This document shows positions 1-9,731 of a stretch of 64,000 nucleotides of DNA, one piece after another. The notes beneath the pieces are model-generated. The model saw only the letters and a list, made by a program, of their open reading frames with translations, was not told the DNA's origin and did no database searches. A program made the position numbers and the translations under genes. Position 1 is the stretch's first letter. Each line of letters begins with the position of its first letter. Source of the DNA: an uncultured Bacillales bacterium (GTDB taxonomy: Bacteria; Bacillota_I; Bacilli_A; RF39; UBA660); the NCBI GenBank assembly GCA_946539445.1, contig CAMNHK010000001.1, positions 9,845-73,844 on the forward strand, given 5' to 3'.

Positions 1-16
1 TAGAGAAGGTGATTAT

Positions 17-589
17 ATGGATTTATCTTTATTTGAAAAGTTTGGAATTTTATTTCGTTATATCTTTTCTTCTTTTCTTTCTATAGAGATGTTCCTTTTA
101 AGCCTTCTTTTATTTATGATTTTGGTAGTTAATTTAAGAAGAAATAATCATTTGGTTCAAATGATTGCGATTGGTATTTATATCGGATTTGTTATTGGAA
201 TTCTAATTAGTTACAGTACTTATGTAAAGTCTTGTATGGATTCTTTTGTAAAAGCTATTATGAATTATATTTATTTTCCATCTACTATTGTTTATTTTTT
301 CATTATATTGTTTGTTACTGTGATGATTTTATGGACTTTGTTTAGTAAGAAGATGTCGCAATTTAAAAAAATTGTTAATTATTTATTTTTTAGCATTTTA
401 TATTTCTTTTTTATGTCCTTTGTAGCGTTGGCTGCTTATGATATGGTTGATTTATTAGATATTGCTAAACTATATCAAAATGAGACTATTTTATGTTTGG
501 TTCAGATTAGTAATTTTATTTTATTAATATGGTTATTATTTACTGGCTTTTACTATTTATTTTTCTATTTCAAAAAGAAATTTGATTAA
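17..589 (+). CDS. hypothetical polytopic membrane protein (about 6 hydrophobic segments)
   Basis: Complete ORF with a GAAGGTGAT RBS 6 nt upstream of the ATG. Translation is dominated by hydrophobic helices. No recognisable catalytic motif. Confidence 0.45.
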   Translation: MDLSLFEKFGILFRYIFSSFLSIEMFLLSLLLFMILVVNLRRNNHLVQMIAIGIYIGFVIGILISYSTYVKSCMDSFVKAIMNYIYFPSTIVYFFIILFVTVMILWTLFSKKMSQFKKIVNYLFFSILYFFFMSFVALAAYDMVDLLDIAKLYQNETILCLVQISNFILLIWLLFTGFYYLFFYFKKKFD

Positions 590-612
590 AGGATTTTAAA
601 ATCCTTTTTTTG
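588..612. terminator. bidirectional rho-independent terminator between convergent genes
   Basis: Palindrome AAAGGATTTTAAAATCCTTT followed by a T-run. It sits between the stop of the + ORF and the stop of the - VanY-like gene. Confidence 0.5.
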
Positions 613-1384
613 TGGCGTAGTACTCTTCTAAAGTAATTTTTTGATGATAAAGATGATAAGCTAGTTTTAATCCTACGTACCGATAATGCCATGGTTCATA
701 TTGATATCCTGTAATATCTTCTTTTCCTTTTGGATATCGTTCGATAAAACCATATTCATAGGCATGTTCTTTGATCCACTCATATTCATTTGTTTTATGA
801 AAATTTTCATAAGATTCTATTCCATTCGAGATATCCAAGGCTAGCCCTGTTTGATGTTCAGAATAACCTGGCCTTGCGGAATAGGTATCGGCTTTTTCTA
901 TTCCTTCTAATTTTACATATTTTTTGTATAAATTATCTTGATATTCATAACTGCGATATGCGGATATAGCATATACTGATAATCCTTTCTTTTTCATTTC
1001 TTGTGCTAACTTTTCCCAGGCATTCTTAGCTTCTTTTGAGAGATATAATTCTCTTGTTGAATAGTTCTCATTTATCTTTTCTAGTGTGGGTGGAATATAG
1101 TCTTGTCCTAAATAAAAGTGTTTATTTACTAATACGCTTTTTTTTCCAATATTAGGGGATTTTTCTGTTCCTTCATAAGGTTTTTTATCTTGCTGTAAAT
1201 TTACGGCTTGGACTACTTGTTTTTTTGTTAATAATGGTTTCTTTTTTTTATATTGTTTGTATCTTTCTTTGTAAGAATCTTTATAGTATTTTGTTTTTAT
1301 AAAGGATTCTTTCGATAGTTCTTTATTACCTAAGACTAAAGCTATTAATATTACTTCCCATAGGAGTAGTTTTTGTATTTTCAT
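596..1384 (-). CDS. secreted D-alanyl-D-alanine carboxypeptidase, VanY / peptidase M15B family
   Basis: N-terminal signal peptide. Motifs SEHQTGLALD and EPWHYRYVG match the Zn-binding signatures of VanY-type DD-carboxypeptidases. Confidence 0.75.
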   Translation of the reverse strand: MKIQKLLLWEVILIALVLGNKELSKESFIKTKYYKDSYKERYKQYKKKKPLLTKKQVVQAVNLQQDKKPYEGTEKSPNIGKKSVLVNKHFYLGQDYIPPTLEKINENYSTRELYLSKEAKNAWEKLAQEMKKKGLSVYAISAYRSYEYQDNLYKKYVKLEGIEKADTYSARPGYSEHQTGLALDISNGIESYENFHKTNEYEWIKEHAYEYGFIERYPKGKEDITGYQYEPWHYRYVGLKLAYHLYHQKITLEEYYATKKGF

Positions 1385-1442
1385 GATATCTCCTTTTATG
1401 CATAGTTTCTTTTTTATAACATATGGTTTACTAGGAGGATTT

Positions 1443-2591
1443 ATGAAAAAAATAGTATGGTTTTTAATTGGAATTTTTTTCTTCTTTCCCTTTCATACTT
1501 GGGCAGAAGAACTAATTCCTAATGCTGATAGTGGAATTTTGATGGAAGTGAGTAGTGGTAAAATTCTTTATGAGAAAGATATTCATAAAAGAGTTTCGGT
1601 TGCTTCTATGACGAAAATGGTTGCTCAAATTCTTATTTTAGAGGAAATAGAAAAAGGAACGATTCATTGGAATGATATTGTAACGGTTAGTAGTAATGCC
1701 AGTGAAATGGGAGGTAGTCAAATTTACTTAGAAGCAGGCGAGAAAATGTCTGTAGAAGATTTGATGAAGGGAATTAGTGTTGCGAGTGGAAATGATGCTA
1801 CGGTTGCAATGGCAGAATATATTAGTGGTACGGAAGAAAAATTTGTAAAACGAATGAATCAAAAAGTGTTGGGTTTAGGATTAGCCGATACTCATTTTGA
1901 AAATTGTACGGGATTGGATCAAGAAAATCATTATTCTAGTAGTTATGATATGGCAATGATTGCCAGAGAACTAATGATCCATCATCCGGATATTTTAAAG
2001 TATTCTTCTATTTATGAAGATTATTTAAGACAAAATACCGATCATAAGTTTTGGCTCGTTAATACCAATAAATTGATTGCTCAATATGAGGGGTGTGATG
2101 GATTAAAAACGGGTCATACGGATGCTGCTGGGTATTGTTTAGCAGCTACTGCTAAAAGGGGTGATCTACGTTTTATTGCTATTGTGTTAGGAGAAAAAGA
2201 TAGCAAAGTAAGAAATCGAGAGACCGTTGGACTTTTGGATTATGGATTTACGAATACAAAGGTTCATGTTTTAAAGAAAAAGGGGGAAATTGTAGATACT
2301 ATTTCATTTTCTAAAGCTACTCCTAGTCAAGCCTCTTTTCTATTACAAGATAATCTTATTGCCGTAGAAGAAGTGGGAGAATCCTCTTCTTATCACTATA
2401 AACCAATCATTCGTTCTCTTTCCTTACCTATTCAAAAAGGATCGATTGTTGGAGAGATGATTGCTTATCGTGATCAAGAGGAAATTAGTAGAGTTCCAAT
2501 TGTTGTGGACCGGGATGTACAAAAGATGAGTTTTCTTTCTCTTTTTTGGCAAGAAATTAAAAATATTTTCCTAGGAATTTTTGCATTTTAG
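1443..2591 (+). CDS. serine-type D-Ala-D-Ala carboxypeptidase (PBP5/DacA-like, peptidase S11)
   Basis: GGAGGA RBS before ATG 1443 and a signal peptide. SxxK (SMTK), SxN (SGND) and KTG (KTGHT) motifs are in the correct order and spacing. Confidence 0.85.
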   Translation: MKKIVWFLIGIFFFFPFHTWAEELIPNADSGILMEVSSGKILYEKDIHKRVSVASMTKMVAQILILEEIEKGTIHWNDIVTVSSNASEMGGSQIYLEAGEKMSVEDLMKGISVASGNDATVAMAEYISGTEEKFVKRMNQKVLGLGLADTHFENCTGLDQENHYSSSYDMAMIARELMIHHPDILKYSSIYEDYLRQNTDHKFWLVNTNKLIAQYEGCDGLKTGHTDAAGYCLAATAKRGDLRFIAIVLGEKDSKVRNRETVGLLDYGFTNTKVHVLKKKGEIVDTISFSKATPSQASFLLQDNLIAVEEVGESSSYHYKPIIRSLSLPIQKGSIVGEMIAYRDQEEISRVPIVVDRDVQKMSFLSLFWQEIKNIFLGIFAF

Positions 2592-2648
2592 ACTTTTTTC
2601 TCTCTTGGTTCTTTGATATAATATTTTTGTATAATCGGAGGTTGTAGT

Positions 2649-3596
2649 ATGGCAAAGAATAATAGTAAACCTTACAATGATAAAAAAAATACCAAAAATA
2701 GCAAAAATTCTTCTAAGAAGAAGAATATTGAAAATACTACGAAAATTCGAATTGACCGTGAACGATTAAATGATTCAGAATCTTTGGACACTAGTTTCTT
2801 AGAGGGACGTTTTTCTAAGAAAGTTCCATCTAGTAAAGAAAAAAGAGATTTGCTGATAAGCGAAAAAAGTAAAAAAATTCAAAGAGTAGAACTTTTAAAA
2901 AAATTATTTTATTCTTTATCCATTTTTTGCATATTAGTTCTTGGAATTATGGCTTTTTTTGCAAACAATCCTATTACTCTTTTTCATAAGAAAGAACGGT
3001 TAGAGGAACCTATTGCGATTCAAAAAGCAGATGATACTCTTGATCGTAATTATTTATTTGTTGGTGATTATCATACGGATGAATTTGATTTTTCTCTTTA
3101 TCATTATGACTATCATTATGTAAAAGTGAGTAGTGATGATATGACGGCTTCTGTGGTATCAAATCAATTAAGAGATTTTATTTATCAATATAATCCATCC
3201 ATTGTTTTCTTGCAGTTAGGAATGAACGATTTACAAAAAGGAGAGTCTTTTGAAACAATTCTTAAATCTTTCCATAAAATTGTTGATGGGATTCAAGCAA
3301 ATCGTCCTTATGCCACGATTTATGTAGAATCTTTATATCCAATTAATCCTTCTAATCCATATTATAATGATGGTGTTTTTGGAGATTTGGATAATTCTGA
3401 TATTCAACAATTTAATGAGGAATTAAAGGAATTGTGTGAAGAACAAAAAATTGAATATTTGGATATCTTCCAAGAGTTAGTCGAAAATGGAGCATTGAAG
3501 GACTCTTATACGGATGATGGTATTTTATTAAATGATAATGGCTATCGTCGACTTGTGAAAGTTATTAATCGAGTGATTGAGGCTGTTGAGCAATAA
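2649..3596 (+). CDS. membrane-anchored SGNH/GDSL-like hydrolase with a Lys-rich N-terminal tail
   Basis: GGAGGT RBS. Lys/Ser-rich N-terminus, one TM helix, then an FVGDY....GMNDL....DDG(I)H-like SGNH arrangement. Confidence 0.55.
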   Translation: MAKNNSKPYNDKKNTKNSKNSSKKKNIENTTKIRIDRERLNDSESLDTSFLEGRFSKKVPSSKEKRDLLISEKSKKIQRVELLKKLFYSLSIFCILVLGIMAFFANNPITLFHKKERLEEPIAIQKADDTLDRNYLFVGDYHTDEFDFSLYHYDYHYVKVSSDDMTASVVSNQLRDFIYQYNPSIVFLQLGMNDLQKGESFETILKSFHKIVDGIQANRPYATIYVESLYPINPSNPYYNDGVFGDLDNSDIQQFNEELKELCEEQKIEYLDIFQELVENGALKDSYTDDGILLNDNGYRRLVKVINRVIEAVEQ

Positions 3597-3660
3597 AAAA
3601 GTATGTTTTAAACATATTTTTTTTATTGTTTCATACAATTATTATGAAAGTGAGGAAAAA

Positions 3661-3921
3661 ATGGAAACATTAAAAGTTAGTAGTAAATCAAATCCTAATA
3701 GTGTAGCAGGGGCGTTGGCAAATGTCTTTCGTGAAAAAGGTGTTGTGGAAATTCAAGCAGTTGGGGCTGGGGCTTTGAATCAAGCGATTAAAGCTGTTGC
3801 GATTGCGCGCGGTTTTGTTGCACCTAGTGGTAAAAACCTTGTTTGTATTCCAGCCTTTCAAGATATTTCCATTGATGGTGAGGAAAGAACTGCGATTAAA
3901 TTGTTGATAGAAGCAAAATAG
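3661..3921 (+). CDS. spoVS: stage V sporulation protein S
   Basis: The 86-aa product METLKVSSKSNPNSVAGALANV...AIARGFVAPSG...CIPAF.DI.IDGEERTAIKL is near-colinear with Bacillus SpoVS. GAGGAAAAA RBS. The start is internal to the longer listed ORF. Confidence 0.85.
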   Translation: METLKVSSKSNPNSVAGALANVFREKGVVEIQAVGAGALNQAIKAVAIARGFVAPSGKNLVCIPAFQDISIDGEERTAIKLLIEAK

Positions 3922-3988
3922 CTTCTTTTTTTATACTAAAAAAAGAATTGTATGGTACAATACTTATAGAAGGTAGGGAAGATGGATT

Positions 3989-5170
3989 ATGAATGAGAAT
4001 GGTGGATATACGATATACTGTGCTCGTTGTGGTGAGGAAATGAACAGTAATTCACGGTATTGTATGAAATGTGGATATTTAAATCCAGAACATGAAGCAA
4101 ATCAATCCATGCAGCAATATATTAAAAATCAAACGAATACTTATTCCGTTGGAGGAGGATCTACTATTCCTCAAAATGAGATTACTCAACAATCTGCTAT
4201 CGGACTTGCTTATAATGCTGGAAATCGTGTTATTTGTTTTGTTACCAATTTACTCGTTTTTTTGGGTCTGAATTTTATTTTAGGTTTTTTAGCGTTTCAA
4301 ATGAACCCAACGGAGTTGAATACGATTGTTTATTCTTTTTATCCGATTACCTGTATGATTCTTTCTGTGGGTTTCCTATGGCATTATTCTTTACAATTAC
4401 TTTTTATGAAATGTAATCAAAGATGGTGGAAAGCTTGGATTCCTTTTTATAATTTTGTCGTTTTGGGAAATCTTGCTTTTCGTTCTAAGAGTATTGGATG
4501 GATTGCTTTGATTCCAGGTGTTGGTATTATTTTCTTATTAATTGTGTTTTATCGATTAGGAAAAGAATTTCAATATAATGGAATATTATGTTTATTATTA
4601 CCAATTGTTTTTATTCCACTGATTGGATATGGAACGCATTTTTATGGTAACAATCAATATGTTAGTTCTACTGATTCTAAAGTTGTGGAAAGAAACTATC
4701 GATTGCAAAAGATTTTATATCGTTTGTTCGTTGTATTTTTCTTAATAGGACTTGTATTATTTATTATCGCGAATATGACAAGTGTTAAGACTACTAGTCG
4801 TTATGTTCAAAATTATTATTATGTTTATGCTAGTAAAAAACTTGTAAAAGAAGTAGATAGTATGGTTTCGAATAATCAAGTTGTATGTAATAATCGAGAA
4901 TTTTCTCTAACTACTGGTATGTATTACTTTTATTTTGCAGATATCCGTGATGAAATATATTTGCCTCTTTATTATTTGAGAGAGCCTATATCTGCTTTTG
5001 TTATTGCGGATAGAAATGGAGAAGTTCCAAGATATTATGTCAGTATGACGGATGGCACTTATGGATTTGCTTCTACTCTTGTGGAAGAAATTACTTATAC
5101 AACACCAATAGAATATCCAAGTATTGGTATTGACCTTAATGCTCCTAATGTTTGTTATCTAAACAAATAA
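3989..5170 (+). CDS. membrane protein with N-terminal zinc-ribbon (CxxC...CxxC) and extracytoplasmic C-terminal domain
   Basis: CARCG...CMKCG zinc ribbon at the N-terminus, followed by about 5 TM helices and a 150-aa C-terminal domain. No family assignment possible. Confidence 0.45.
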   Translation: MNENGGYTIYCARCGEEMNSNSRYCMKCGYLNPEHEANQSMQQYIKNQTNTYSVGGGSTIPQNEITQQSAIGLAYNAGNRVICFVTNLLVFLGLNFILGFLAFQMNPTELNTIVYSFYPITCMILSVGFLWHYSLQLLFMKCNQRWWKAWIPFYNFVVLGNLAFRSKSIGWIALIPGVGIIFLLIVFYRLGKEFQYNGILCLLLPIVFIPLIGYGTHFYGNNQYVSSTDSKVVERNYRLQKILYRLFVVFFLIGLVLFIIANMTSVKTTSRYVQNYYYVYASKKLVKEVDSMVSNNQVVCNNREFSLTTGMYYFYFADIRDEIYLPLYYLREPISAFVIADRNGEVPRYYVSMTDGTYGFASTLVEEITYTTPIEYPSIGIDLNAPNVCYLNK

Positions 5171-5234
5171 TTCTTGCAAAACGTTTCATTTTTTACTATA
5201 ATAAATTCAAGTCGATTATTAGAACTAATAATAA

Positions 5235-5400
5235 GATGATTTAGCTTAGAGAAGTCGTGGCTGGTGAAAACGATGTAATAGTCTTATTTATCTACTCTAT
5301 AGACGAAGAAATTCCGGGGAGTCCCGTTATCAAAAAAGTGAAAGTAAGGATGGTACCGTGCAATTGCACTCCTTTGGTATCATCCTTTTTTTATTGGAAA
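5235..5400 (+). promoter_or_regulatory. T-box leader (tRNA-sensing riboswitch) upstream of the NUDIX-serS operon
   Basis: AGAGA and GGTGA stem-I-like motifs near 5246-5265. T-box core AAGGATGGTACCGTG (5346-5360) is close to the consensus AGGGTGGTACCGCG. A terminator helix AAGGATGGTACC/GGTATCATCCTT plus a T7 run follows, ending just before the RBS of the downstream gene. Confidence 0.5.
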
Positions 5401-5408
5401 GGAGAACT

Positions 5409-5843
5409 ATGGATTCGATTATTAAAACTGGTGTTGGTGTTATGATCTTGAATCAAGGAAAGATTCTTTTAGGACATCGATCCTCGAAGAGAAAAGATAC
5501 TGGTGGTATATTTGAACCGGATACTTGGACTTTGCCAGGAGGAAAGCAAGAATACTCGGAAACAGTATTTGATACGGCTATTCGGGAAATAAAAGAAGAG
5601 ACTAATTTGGATATTTCACAGTTAGAAGTATTCTCAGTCTCGGATGACTTTCAAGCGGATCGCCATTTTGTGACGATTGAAGTGATTGCTAATCATTATT
5701 CGGGAGAACTTCGAGTAATGGAACCTATTAAAGAAGATGAATGGAAATGGTTTTCTTTTGATGAATTACCAGAAAACCTATATTCTCCATCTAAAAAATT
5801 TATAGAAAAATATTTAAATAAAAGAAAAGAGGAAAAAATATGA
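5409..5843 (+). CDS. NUDIX hydrolase
   Basis: Nudix box GGKQEYSETVFDTAIREIKEETNL (Gx5Ex7REUxEExGU). GGAGAAC RBS. The stop overlaps the serS start. Confidence 0.75.
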   Translation: MDSIIKTGVGVMILNQGKILLGHRSSKRKDTGGIFEPDTWTLPGGKQEYSETVFDTAIREIKEETNLDISQLEVFSVSDDFQADRHFVTIEVIANHYSGELRVMEPIKEDEWKWFSFDELPENLYSPSKKFIEKYLNKRKEEKI

Positions 5844-7126
5844 TCGATATAAAATACATTCGAGAAAACAAAGATTTAGTGAAAGAAAATATTAAGAAAA
5901 AATTTCAAGATGAAAAACTTCCATTAGTAGATGAAGTATATGAACTTGATAAAAAAGTACGTGAAGTACAAGTAAAAGCTGATACTTTAAAAGCTGATAA
6001 GAATAAATTAAGTGGTGAAATTGGAAAATTAATGAAGGATGGTAAGAAGGACGAAGCAGAAGAAATCAAGAAAAAAATTGCTGAAACAGCTGAAGAAATT
6101 ACCAAATTAGAAGGGGAACAAGAAGAATTATCAAAATCTATCCGTGAAAAAATGATGGTTATTCCACAAATTATTGATGAATCTGTACCTATTGGTAAAG
6201 ATGATAGCGAAAATGTGGAAGTTCAAAGATTTGGAGATCCTGTAGTTCCTAGTTATGAAATTCCTTATCATGCAGATATTATTGAGAGATTAAATGGTAT
6301 GGATAAAGATGCTGCTGGTAGAACTTCTGGACAAGGATTTTATTACTTACTTGGAGATATAGCCCGTTTACATGAGGCTATGATTGCTTATGGTAGAGAT
6401 TATATGATTGACCAAGGATTTACTTATGCGATTCCACCATTTATGATTCATAGTGATGTAGTTACGGGAGTTATGTCATTCCCTGAAATGGAAGCTATGA
6501 TGTATAAAATAGAAGGGGAAGATTTATACTTAATCGGAACTTCTGAACATAGTATGATTGGTAAGTTTAAAGATCAAATTATTAAAAAAGAAGAATTGCC
6601 AATTCATATGACAAGTTATTCTCCATGTTTTAGAAAAGAAGGAGGAAGTCATGGCTTGGAAGAAAGAGGACTATATCGTGTTCATCAATTTGAAAAGCAA
6701 GAAATGATTGTTGTATGTGAACCAGAAGAATCTATGGATTGGTATAATAAGATGTGGCAATTTACGGTTAATATTTTCCGTAATATGGATATTCCTGTTC
6801 GTCAATTAGAGTGTTGTAGTGGAGATTTAGCAGATTTGAAAGTTAAATCTTGTGATATTGAAGCGTGGTCTCCTCGTCAACAAAAGTATTTTGAAGTGGC
6901 TTCTTGTAGTAATTTAGGAGATGCTCAAGCTAGACGTTTGGGAATTCGTTGTAAGGGAGAAAAGGGTACATATTATTTACATACTTTAAATAATACAGTT
7001 GTTGCTACTCCTCGTGGATTAATTGCTTTAATTGAAAATAATTATCAAGAAGATGGAAGTATTAAAATACCAAAAGTTTTACAACCATATATGGGTGGTA
7101 AAGAAGTTATTACTCCAAAGAAATAA
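5840..7126 (+). CDS. serS: seryl-tRNA synthetase
   Basis: 428 aa. N-terminal coiled-coil tRNA-binding arm and class II aaRS core motifs. Length and architecture are typical of SerRS. Confidence 0.9.
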   Translation: MIDIKYIRENKDLVKENIKKKFQDEKLPLVDEVYELDKKVREVQVKADTLKADKNKLSGEIGKLMKDGKKDEAEEIKKKIAETAEEITKLEGEQEELSKSIREKMMVIPQIIDESVPIGKDDSENVEVQRFGDPVVPSYEIPYHADIIERLNGMDKDAAGRTSGQGFYYLLGDIARLHEAMIAYGRDYMIDQGFTYAIPPFMIHSDVVTGVMSFPEMEAMMYKIEGEDLYLIGTSEHSMIGKFKDQIIKKEELPIHMTSYSPCFRKEGGSHGLEERGLYRVHQFEKQEMIVVCEPEESMDWYNKMWQFTVNIFRNMDIPVRQLECCSGDLADLKVKSCDIEAWSPRQQKYFEVASCSNLGDAQARRLGIRCKGEKGTYYLHTLNNTVVATPRGLIALIENNYQEDGSIKIPKVLQPYMGGKEVITPKK

Positions 7127-7130
7127 AAGA

Positions 7131-7160
7131 AAAAGAATATCGTTTGATATTCTTTTTTTA
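7131..7160. terminator. bidirectional terminator between serS and the convergent pilin-like gene
   Basis: AAGAATATC-GTTTG-ATATTCTT hairpin flanked by an A-run and a T-run. Confidence 0.6.
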
Positions 7161-9596
7161 TTAGAAGTAACGTAATTTGGAATTGCATTGACGATAGGTT
7201 CCGCCATTACAAGAGGTGTAGTCATAACCTGTCCAATTGCTCCAATCTGAGTACGTTTCGCATCCACAATCACTAGAACGATTATAGTAACTACAGGATC
7301 TAGTTCGACAGTTGTAAGCATAGAATCCACTTTCTGCTCCGGCACAATCCGCTAATCCGTCATAGCATTCTCCATATGGAGCGGAAGTATAAGTATTGGT
7401 ACAATTCCATCCAGACCATCCAGAGTAACTTGCACATCCAGCTGATGCACATCTTGCCCAAGTATTACAAGATCTGGTTCTTGTTCGATAGTAGGTTACA
7501 GGAGAAACGGTTAGAGAACAACTTCCTGGATTTCCTAGAATGTCATATACTGTGAAAGAAGTACTACTTTTTTGATTCGTGAAGGAAGATACATTATTGT
7601 TTCTGCAACCACTGTAAGTATCGGAACAAGAAATGGTTCCACTGACTCCATCAAAGCCTCCTGTATTAGTTTTTGTTGGGGTGCAAGAAGGCCCTGTTCG
7701 GTCTAACATAATCGTTATATTATCGTTGTAGGTTCCACAGTTTCCAGCAGCATCACAAGCACGATATTGGATGTAAGAGTATCCTTCGGCTTCTATATTA
7801 CGATAATTTCCTTGAACATCACTTTCATTGGTGGTTCTTCCAGTAGTGGTATATCGATAATAAATTCCTTTGGAAATATCATCGGTTGAATCGCTAGCTG
7901 TTGTAAATACTTTTCCAGATAACCAAGTGCCTGGCGTATAAGCGGTAAGTCCGGCATACGATGTTGGCCTTGTGTTATTGTTGTGCCATCTATAGGAATA
8001 TGTATTTGGTGTTGTTGGAGCAGTTCTATCGATGTCTGCTTGAATGAAGAAAATCGTCTCATTTCCAGCCTTATCTTTTACGGTTAGTTTTCCAGCTCTC
8101 ATTCCTTCTCCTACTAGCGAGATGTATACCGTTTCTTTTCTTTTTCCACAGTTTGTGGTGGATAAATCGGGAGCCGTAAAGAATGTTTCGGCAATTCCAT
8201 CGGGATTGGTAGCTTTATAAGTAGAATAACTTCCAGAACCTCGATTATTAATACCGGCTTTGTTTGTTTCCCACTTCCAACTATATAAGTGAAGGTCGTC
8301 GGTGAAGGTAATTTTATAGATTACTCCATACGGATAATTATCTTTATTCATCCAATTGTTAATTAAATTTTTATATTTTGTATACTGAAGTGTAGACGTT
8401 TCTGTTGATTGAGTGGTAGCTCCATTTAAGATCGAGTTACCATCTATTTCTCCAGAAGAATTTCTCTTATATCCAACTAATTCTATTTTTGGTCTTTCTA
8501 AATCGACATTGATTCGTACTCGGCAAGTATCATTTGTAAATACTAATTCACATGGATCGGTTGTTACATAGGAATTTGCAACATTTGTATTTCCTGCATT
8601 ATCTTTTACTTGAATATAAGCATATTCGGCTGATTTCTGATCATTATTTGGCCATGTTCTAGTAAACTTATCACGAATACATCCACTTCCATCTCCATCG
8701 GAACAAGTAGCTGTTAACTTACGATATTTGGTATTACTATAGACATTGACCCAATCATTTTCATTTTTTGCTTGATTGGAAATATCTACACAGTATGGTG
8801 GAGTCGTATCTTGATATTTGGCACTTCCAGATGAGTCTATGCTCGATATTTTTTCATCTAATACTCCGCCTTTAACGTTTCTTACGGTTGCTTTTACAGT
8901 GATGTAGGAAGCTTGTGTGACATCTATATAATCTTTTAGGGCTTTTTCTATTTTTATTTCTGTTTTGCCATTTCCACTTAATGTTCCCGAATTAAAAACT
9001 TCTTTTACTTCGTTGGAATTTTCATTACTAGTGGAGATTGAATAGTGATATCCATCAATTGCGATAGGAGTATCATCCCTATCTTTTCCACCTGTAAAGT
9101 TTATAATAATTTTAGCTTCTGATACGTTTTCAAAGACATGTTCGTTTTCTTCTCCAGAAGCATCTGTAAATAAGATTTGAATGGTTGGAATAGGAGCTTC
9201 TTCTTCAGTCGGAACTTCCTCATCTCCACAATATATGTGTGCTGTATAAATGTATTGATCCTTTGACTGTTTATAAACCGTGGTGTAGGATTTTTCCATG
9301 CAAGATTTACCATCTGCTTTTATATCTTCTTTTAAATAATTATTGTTTCTTAATACTGTAATTGGAATGGTGGTTGTTTCTCCAATTGCTTTTGGCATTT
9401 CACTTTTATGAGATTGCATATAACTTTCCGTAGCCATTTCTACTGTCTTTTCTTGTTCTGCCTTTTGAGTGTCTTTGCCTTTTTGAATGATTCTTGAAAT
9501 GGACATAATCGTTACAACTGATAAGATTCCTAGAATTGTTATTGCGGCTAATAATTCAATTAATGTGAATCCTTTTTTGTTATATAATTGTTTCAT
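7161..9596 (-). CDS. giant type IV prepilin-like protein (class III signal peptide) with Cys-rich C-terminal region
   Basis: N-terminus MKQLYNKKG/FTLIELLAAITILGILSVV is a canonical prepilin cleavage/methylation motif. 811 aa. The last 200 or so residues are extremely rich in Cys, Tyr, Ser, Gly, Asn and Thr. Confidence 0.7.
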   Translation of the reverse strand: MKQLYNKKGFTLIELLAAITILGILSVVTIMSISRIIQKGKDTQKAEQEKTVEMATESYMQSHKSEMPKAIGETTTIPITVLRNNNYLKEDIKADGKSCMEKSYTTVYKQSKDQYIYTAHIYCGDEEVPTEEEAPIPTIQILFTDASGEENEHVFENVSEAKIIINFTGGKDRDDTPIAIDGYHYSISTSNENSNEVKEVFNSGTLSGNGKTEIKIEKALKDYIDVTQASYITVKATVRNVKGGVLDEKISSIDSSGSAKYQDTTPPYCVDISNQAKNENDWVNVYSNTKYRKLTATCSDGDGSGCIRDKFTRTWPNNDQKSAEYAYIQVKDNAGNTNVANSYVTTDPCELVFTNDTCRVRINVDLERPKIELVGYKRNSSGEIDGNSILNGATTQSTETSTLQYTKYKNLINNWMNKDNYPYGVIYKITFTDDLHLYSWKWETNKAGINNRGSGSYSTYKATNPDGIAETFFTAPDLSTTNCGKRKETVYISLVGEGMRAGKLTVKDKAGNETIFFIQADIDRTAPTTPNTYSYRWHNNNTRPTSYAGLTAYTPGTWLSGKVFTTASDSTDDISKGIYYRYTTTGRTTNESDVQGNYRNIEAEGYSYIQYRACDAAGNCGTYNDNITIMLDRTGPSCTPTKTNTGGFDGVSGTISCSDTYSGCRNNNVSSFTNQKSSTSFTVYDILGNPGSCSLTVSPVTYYRTRTRSCNTWARCASAGCASYSGWSGWNCTNTYTSAPYGECYDGLADCAGAESGFYAYNCRTRSCSYYNRSSDCGCETYSDWSNWTGYDYTSCNGGTYRQCNSKLRYF

Positions 9597-9731
9597 CCTA
9601 TCACCTTATCTTAATTTTATATGAAATTCTAGTTTTTCTCAATAGAAAGTAGTGTCTAATGGGTGCTTTTTGATGGAAAAAATGAAACTATTTTTTGGTT
9701 GTATGATAAAATAAAATTAGGATGTGATTCT

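Noticed and set aside
4234-4416. 60-aa ORF inside the zinc-ribbon membrane protein gene
   Set aside because: Fully embedded in a longer, better-supported ORF in another frame. No RBS.
5257-5445. 62-aa ORF overlapping the T-box leader and NUDIX start
   Set aside because: Overlaps a structured leader RNA and the better-supported NUDIX start at 5409. Likely spurious.
5905-6105. Antisense 66-aa ORF within serS
   Set aside because: Low-complexity Ser/Phe-rich translation antisense to a conserved gene.
7079-9313. Three short ORFs (7079-7345, 7793-8062, 9101-9313) overlapping the pilin-like gene
   Set aside because: All embedded in or antisense to the 811-aa ORF. No independent signals.
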